Of a stretch of 16,353 bases of DNA, positions 9,450 to 16,353 are shown piece by piece. The position numbers and the translations under genes were made by a program. Location of the stretch: the NCBI RefSeq assembly GCF_964204645.1, contig NC_134036.1, positions 7,628,293 to 7,644,645 of the forward strand, read 5' to 3'. The stretch's first letter is position 1, and each line of letters opens with the position of its first letter. The notes below the pieces were generated by a model. That model made no database searches, was not told where the DNA came from, and was given only the letters and a program-made list of their open reading frames with translations. This DNA comes from Tubulanus polymorphus (Eukaryota > Animalia > Nemertea).

Positions 9450-10051
9450 TTCAGTTCGCACACAACGCACGGTCGCTAGTTGGTAATAACAGCGAGACAA
9501 CTGGTGTATACTCCAAATTTGTAAATCTTACAACCATTACAATCTTACATCCATAGTTTAGAATCTCACATAAATGATTTCACAACACATCTAACCACCA
9601 CGCTGCAGAAAGTCAAATGCGCGCCAATTCCGATTACTTAATATTGAAATATATGTACTGCAGTTATTGACTTCAAAATAAATATCATATTTCTCGGATA
9701 TCGTTTTGCCCAAGAATAGCTTAGATAACCAATTACGCGGTTGAAATCAGGGCATTAGTGGGGGAAATAGAATGAAAATCGAACTCATCGCGTGGTATGC
9801 TATATACGTTCTATAAACGCAGTTAGAATATTATAGCATTAGATCCTGTGAAAGTATACATGAAAATTCAAGATTCATTTGAGTCGTTGAAGTTAACAAT
9901 AAAAGCGTAATTGTTTATTACTTATGAATAGAATCGCCACCTGGGGACAAAAAAGTAAAATAAACCTTCTTAAACCAGCTATGGCTGAAGACCCGTTATT
10001 GCTGCTTTATAGCTTCATCTTAAGGGAACTTGATTGCAACACCTCGCATAA

Positions 10052-10350
10052 AGCCGCGATCACACGAGCATTTTTGGCCCGTACAAGATTGGCCCGGAAC
10101 AAGTGTTCACACGGGTGCCAAATGGGTCCGAGCCTGTCGGACCAGGCCCGAGCAACATTTTAGCACCAGACAAATGATTGCGTTTGAATTGCAACTGGCC
10201 CGGAAATGATCCACTTTGCTTTGTTTAGGCATTGTTTAGTATCGAGTGAATGGTTTGCGTGTGTACGCGCTCTCTAATTAGCCAAATTTGGCCCGACCCT
10301 GATCCGTGCCAATTTGGCCCGGGCCAAAACGTGTCCGTGTCATCGCGGCT
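10052..10350. mobile_element. PIF/Harbinger-type MITE, 299 bp
   Basis: TIRs AGCCGCGATCACACG / CGTGTCATCGCGGCT, flanked by TAA at 10049-10051 and 10351-10353. TTGGCCCG subterminal motifs are repeated. Confidence 0.85.
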
Positions 10351-10491
10351 TAAGTCTCAATAACGAGGGGGGATATTGATGAACTGTGTCAGCTTCGATT
10401 TAGTATGAAATGCAAATACAATACAACAATAGCCTACTAGCGATTCCATTAAGGCCAATTCAAATAAATAGAAATAAATACAAATAAATAG

Positions 10492-10566
10492 AATTAGATA
10501 AAAATTACACCACGTGCTAAACCTATTCAGAATAGGTTAGGCACGTGGTGTAATTTTTATCTAATT
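10492..10566. repeat. 75-bp near-perfect palindrome
   Basis: AATTAGATAAAAATTACACCACGTGCTAAACCTATTC-A-GAATAGGTTAGGCACGTGGTGTAATTTTTATCTAATT: 37-bp arms with two non-Watson-Crick positions. Confidence 0.95.
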
Positions 10567-10579
10567 GTAGAATTTCTAC

Positions 10580-11416
10580 AAACAAGAGCCCCAAGGGGCA
10601 CTATGGCTAGCCTGGCAGCTTTTCATAAAATGGCAAATGATGATGCATTTTGTGGGTTAAATTTGTCAAAATACACTCCCAGATCAGAGTCAATATCTAA
10701 TAATTTACACAATACAATCGTAGATTACAAAAGTAGCCCAGACAGCGAATGGATCTGGCCGGAACAAATACCTCAGATAAATCTTTTCCCTTGGTCTTAT
10801 ATATTTTAATGCGGAATAGTATTACATTATTTGAAATTTGCTCAATAAAACAAAATTGAATTGGATTTGATGTTTTTATTTGTTTAATAAAGTAAAATTG
10901 AATTGGATTTGATATTTTTTTAGCACATGGCTAATTTGCATATCAAGACTATCCGATTTAAGAAAAAGCTATTTTTGCACAAAGGTCAATGATATTTTCC
11001 GTAGTGCTAAAAAAAATAATCCTCCCAAAAACCAAATCAACTAATGCTTTCACAGAAATCGATCCTGAAATACAATTTTAGATCTTAAAATATAACCCGG
11101 AAGTAAAACGGTAGACGATACCGCGGGTTCACGTGAACACCTGCTGATTTCTGTTGCTTAGCCAATCATAGATGAGTCTTTGCTTTCTGATTGGCGTTTC
11201 AAAACATATTTGCGATCCGACATTCGCGAAGAAGCTCCTATAAATTTTAACGAGGCCCTCTTCAAAATTCAGTTACGTAGAGTTTGGAGAATGGATAATG
11301 CTTTAATGAACGATTTGCTCAGTTGCACAGTAAAAAAGCCTTTGCTCTGGAAACCATGTCATTTTATTCGCTCCATTTGTATAGTAATAGGCTCAGCATA
11401 AGGCTGGCCTAAAAAA
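10580..11416 (+). mobile_element. Complete non-autonomous Helentron-associated (HINE-like) element, ~835 bp
   Basis: Starts AAACAAGAGCCCCAAGGGGC (short hairpin) followed by subterminal GGCTAGCCT (10605-10613). Ends with the hairpin TAGGCTCAGC-ATAAG-GCTGGCCTA (11388-11411), which contains the inverted subterminal copy AGGCTGGCC, then an A-run. Both ends lie in A tracts and there is no TSD. Confidence 0.65.
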
Positions 11417-13273
11417 TACAGCTGACCTCCCACAATGACGACACTTATAATTGAGATGATCGTCAAATTAAGGTGGAAATACTACAGGTAACAGTGTATA
11501 CGAAGTATGAATCTTGGATGGTATTATTTGGTATCTTATTGTAATCTCGATCAAGTTCGTTATGTTTTGTTTACTGAATGTTTTTCATCAAGCACTATAG
11601 TAAGATGAAACGTGAATTCGAAGGAAAGGAAAATTAATTCGTATTTGTGTTTGTGTGTGATGTGATGGGAAAATAAACAATAAATGAAAAGGAAACCATC
11701 GATTTGTTGAAGATGAATTTAGAGTGTGCGTAGTAATTTATGGAGGTGTAGGAATGTAATTTACAGAATATCACAATGCACAGTACACATTGAATACCGG
11801 TTCTATGTGTGCAAAGTGAACAAATCCTTGAAATCAATAGTAATTTTTGACTGAATTTCTATAGCGGATTTTCAGACAGAAATACTCACGGATTTCTCGT
11901 CCCAGTAAAAGATGTGAACATTTACTACTTAGTTACGAACATGGAACTGAGTGCAAATGTCCAATAGGAAATCTCTCTGTTCCGGCAAGTCTGTTAACAG
12001 CGACGTTATAGAAGTTGAAAATATTGCAAAATGTTACATGCGAGTTCGTGCTTGTTTCGTGCGGATTACATAAACTATACGCGTATCCCTGGCCTAGAGG
12101 TAAAACTTGATGCAGTAGTACTCTGACGACATTATCGTTTCAATAGAAAACTTGGATATGACAAAATTTATCGTAATTTGGTATGCACTAATAAGGACTA
12201 TGCATAGCCAACCATTGAATAGCTTACAAATGTATCCAAAATATAAAATTTCTCAAAATCCCGTCTAAACTTGATTGGGAAATTTAAATAATCATCGAAC
12301 AGTACCCGGTTATTACTTAATCTCCAAGTTTTATTGGTAAAAATCTTGGATGATATTTGACAAAAGAAACACGAATGCAGGGCCGTATCTAACATTATAA
12401 TTTTTGAAAAAGGGGCTGTTCTATTGGATGATAACAAAAATGTTTGTAAAGAGGGCACTTTTCAAAAAATGCCGCTTGTCTCAGCTATTAACGGCCTGGG
12501 TACCACGCTGTGCACAGATGAGGGTTATAGCATGCGCGTTTTGTGCCTCCTAGATAGAAGAATCAATTGAACGTAAACTAGTTTCAAAACCAATTTCAAT
12601 AACGTAATAGGTTTGACTATCAATTACTTTTTCCTCTTCCGCTACCAGCATCATCTCCATTGTAACCACCTTTACAATGTCCGTTGCTTTGACGAAATCG
12701 TCGTGAATCTGCAAAAATTACGGTACATCATTTCAATCTCGTAGACGCGCCCATGTAACGTCTCAAACAGTGACCAATTTGATTTAAGGGAAAACGTGGA
12801 CACAGAATACAGCGATTCAAAATAGTTTTAGTAACTTGCGCGCAGCTTCTTCGGAGTACGCATCCGAAGCAACCACAAACATTACGAGAGCAAACAAGAG
12901 GAGCTTTTTAGAAAACATATGAAAGTTAGAAAAACACCTTAACTCGATTTCGATGGTCTCGTTCAATGGTGAGTTGCGAAGGTTTTACGAATAACACTTT
13001 TTTCTTCGCTAAAAAAGAAGAACTCTGAAAGGTCATTGTACCACACGATTAGGGGCCTATAGAATTCAGAATTCCAAGAATTACGGTTATAAAATGGACA
13101 CAACACAACAATACTATTGAAAACTGCGATAATAAAAACTTCGAAAAGGAACTGAATCCTCGCTTATTATCATTTCTTGTGTGTTGCATCTGATATGGAT
13201 AGGTTGACCATACCGTGGATATGGAGGGTAATAATGCTGAAACACACCAGCATAGGCGTGATCTGAGTGTATA

Positions 13274-14907
13274 ATGAACGAGTTTGAACAAACAGATGAT
13301 GATGAAGTTCGCAAAATCATCATGAGCGCTCCAAACAAATCGTGCGCACTTGATCCACTTCCGACTTGGTTATTCGAAAACGTTGTGGATTGTGTATTGC
13401 CAGCTGTGACTTACATTGTGAATTTGTCAATGGCTAGTGGATCTGTACCTGATTCCATGAAGGTAGCAATTGTAACACCAATTCTCAAGTAGTCATCTCT
13501 GGATCCTGAGTCTCTCCAGAACTATCGCCCAGTTAGTAATCTCTCATTTGTGTCTAAGGTTCTCGAGAGAGTTGTAGCCAGTCGACTGCGTGAGTACATG
13601 GATCGTAACCATCTTCACGATGTCTTGCAATCAGCCTATAAATCAAGGCATAGCACAGAGACAGCTTTGCTCAAGGTGCAAGATGACATTCGTACCCTCA
13701 TCGATCAGGGTTCAATGTGATACTGATACTACTCGATCTTAGTGCGGCATTTGATACGGTAGATCACACTGTGTTACTCTCTCCCATCAAACATTACCTA
13801 GGCATCGATGGAAGAATACAATGGTTCAAGTCGTACCTCACCCACAGGACATTGAATGTTACTGTTAACGGCCACGCCTCTGATTCATACGAGTTAAAGT
13901 GTGGGGTACCACAAGGCTCAGTGTTGGGCCCCTTACTCTTTCTTATCTATGTGCTTCCTCTGGGTGAACTGATAAAATCATTTGATATTGATAGACACGG
14001 ATTTGCAGATGACAACCAAGTGTACAAGGCAATTAAATCCATTCATGATCCATCACGTGTAAATCAACAACTGTCAAATGTTGAGAAGTGTTTGGTCGCG
14101 GTGTATAAATGGTATACCGACAATTTCCTCAAAGCAAATGCTGGAAAGACTGAGGTATTTCTCTTAGGTACATCGCAGCGTCTCAATATTACCGACATTG
14201 AACCTCTCATGGTCGCGGGTGTTTGTGTCCCTGTTTCAAAGTCGCCGATCTGCAATATCGGTGTTATGTTCGATCATGAAATGTCTTTGAGTGCACATGT
14301 GAAATCGGTTTTGAAAAGCGGATATTTTCACATTCGTAACATTGGATTAGCTAGAAAGAATCTGAATAGAAATGCTACCAAGGCACTTGTCCAAGCTCTT
14401 GTCTTGTCTAGGCTGGACTACTGTAATAGCCTTCTGGCTTGAATAACCAGTGACTTGTGTGGAAACTTACAGAAATTACAAAACTGTGCAGCACGATTAG
14501 TTTTGCGCACCCCAAAACGAGAGCATATAACTCCGGCGCACATGCAGTTACACTGGCTACCAGTAAAAGCAAGAATTGACTTCAAAACACTACTGTTAGT
14601 ATTCAAAGCTCTTACCGGAATAGCACCGGCTTATATTGCTGATCTAATCACTGGCGAACACTTCGATCATCTTACCAATTCAAAATGTCAGGACCATCAT
14701 TCAGCTCATCTACATTTGGCGGCAGAGCCTTCTCATCCCACGCACCTATTTTCTGGAATCAGTTCATCGACTCAAGAGAATATACAGTTCAAATCTCACA
14801 TCAAAACAAAACTATTCAGCTAATACTATTCCCTGGAGCGCAATTGAACTTTGTTTTTTAACATGGAAAGCTGCGCTATACAAATCCATATTTATTATTA
14901 TTATTAT
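13274..14907 (+). mobile_element. 5'-truncated, inactivated L2-clade LINE (RT domain to 3' tail)
   Basis: Motifs KSCALDPLPTWL, NYRPVSNLSFVSKVLE, QSAYKSRHSTETALL, LLDLSAAFDTVDH, GVPQGSVLGPLLF, FADD, SRLDYCNSLL, LQNCAARLV and LHWLPV. In-frame stops at 13490 and 14440, frameshifts near 13716 and 14650. The 3' end reads GCGCTATACAAAT followed by (TTA)n. Confidence 0.96.
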
Positions 14908-15939
14908 CTATGAAATATATCATTCTACGTCTTGATGGCCCGTCTTATCTTGCCTATAGAACATTTATTCTAGATCTGATTTTAATGTCTTTGAACTGAA
15001 ACTAGCTCGTATCGAAATGAATCCGCTTTGGTGTCAGGAGTGAGCTGATTGTAAGGCGCCTGAATCAGGAGTCAACTGAATATAAGACGCTGATGTCGAT
15101 GTTGATGTCGATGATGGAGAAAACAAAGACGACGACGGCGATGATGAATGATGATTTCGACTGAGCTGGGCAACATCAGTGCAAATTCTGCAAATTTTAC
15201 TTACTAGAATCATTGATTCACTCAAACATCATCTAACGTTTAATACTTATATCACTAAAACATTATAGAAAGGTCGAGTCACAGGGGTAACTAAGTAAAT
15301 CACTGTAACCGAGTGGGTCACACCCCTGGTTTGAAAATTACAAAACGACGCTTACCTTTGACTTCCAAGACTTGTTACTCCGAATGCGTCCCTGGAGTCT
15401 GCTTAGGCATCCGAAAGAACGTTATCCCCAAACATATGTTTCCCATAAATAAAACCTTTATTACAAAATATTGTAAAGCCTTTTTTATTTCATCTGGCAA
15501 TAACGTAAGTTGTGGCTTTGATACCTATAACAGTGAGCCTGACAAGTGGGAAATTGACGTGTTCTGATATCATTATCAGTCAGGGCAGTTATTGCCTATT
15601 GCATAATCGACCCAGCAGATGTTACTAGAGACCAACTGAATTAAGTAAACGCGAATAAACTAACTCTGAAATATAGTATTTAAGAAATCTACTCGATAAT
15701 TCAGTTGCATGTCAACAGCGTGCACTTCGAGATGTTTATAAAGGTCGATTGAGAATGTTTAATCGGTTAAACAGGACTTTATCTAGTTGTGGAATAGAAA
15801 TTTACGAATTAAGTCGTCAATGACATTTGAAAGAAAAAATCTTAACAAATCCGTGAAAATGTTTTTCCGCTCTTCAATTCGTAAGCTATATTTTCTAGGT
15901 TATCAACCTGATGACTACGGACGTGTATAATTCAAGAAT

Positions 15940-16152
15940 GAACTCGTGTCTTGTCCGGTCTGATTGATGTGTGTGTTCTCAATTTGTTCACTACCAAATT
16001 CCTAGTCACCAGCATCACTGTCAGCATCATATACGAGCTGCTGAACCGTTTCATCCAGCCAAATTGTTTTTTCCTGGCTGTTGCCATCTTGGATTTTATG
16101 CAGATTGCAGCACCGGCTGATACTGATAGATATGCCCTTCTAGAAGGGTTAA
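15940..16152 (-). mobile_element. Possible piggyBac-like left end with decayed transposase N-terminus
   Basis: The minus strand reads TTAA|CCCTTCTAGAAGGG from 16152, then CAAGATGGC into MATARKKQ and, after a frameshift, acidic LDETVQQLVYDADSDAGD*EFGSE. No partner end was found. Confidence 0.35.
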
Positions 16153-16353
16153 GTGATACTGTATCACATACGTTACGGGTATGCTAGCTTGCCAATTTGT
16201 ACCGTATGACATACGGTAGTGGTATTGTAAGGGTTGAAATACGTTTTCATTTACCTCCTAAATGAATACTGTTTTTCCTCCGCCCTATACCATAGAAGTG
16301 GTTGGAGTGTAATGAATGTTCGTATTCGTATTAAAAGTATTGAGAGCAATCTG

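Noticed and set aside
12378-12510. hAT-like MITE (CAGGGCCGTATCTA ... GGGTACCACGCTG)
   Set aside because: The ends match at only ~9/14 positions and there is no 8-bp TSD.
15034-15225. Ser-rich minus ORF / Asp-rich plus-strand tract
   Set aside because: Low-complexity GAT/GAC repeats bounded by stops, with no recognisable domain.
15951-16187. Hydrophobic ORF with 'DRY' suggesting a GPCR
   Set aside because: Lacks TM3 context and other GPCR motifs; the opposite strand offers a better explanation.

Overview
Repeat-dense, AT-rich eukaryotic (invertebrate animal-like) genomic DNA with no intact host gene. From left to right: (1) 1-2789 is a decayed Polinton/Maverick-adintovirus-type element end, carrying a disrupted family-B DNA polymerase gene (minus strand, N-terminal C2H2 zinc fingers) and ending in a ~390-nt fold-back hairpin with strand-biased G:T pairing and a GCGGAGC tip. 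(2) A GC-rich island (~3020-3620) and a CR1/L2-type RT relic follow. (3) 4359-8870 is a nested repeat block: 31-bp minisatellite arrays flank a Helentron-associated (HINE-like) element whose ~155-bp repeats carry CTCF-like motifs, and that element is split by a 2.4-kb foldback/MULE-like transposon (234-bp TIRs, 9-bp TSD). (4) A peptide-receptor-like class A GPCR is cut off after TM4 by the minisatellite. (5) A Harbinger-type MITE, a 75-bp palindrome and a second, complete HINE-like element. (6) A 5'-truncated L2 LINE with a (TTA)n tail. (7) A possible piggyBac end. All calls are from reading the sequence by eye; no searches or folding were run.
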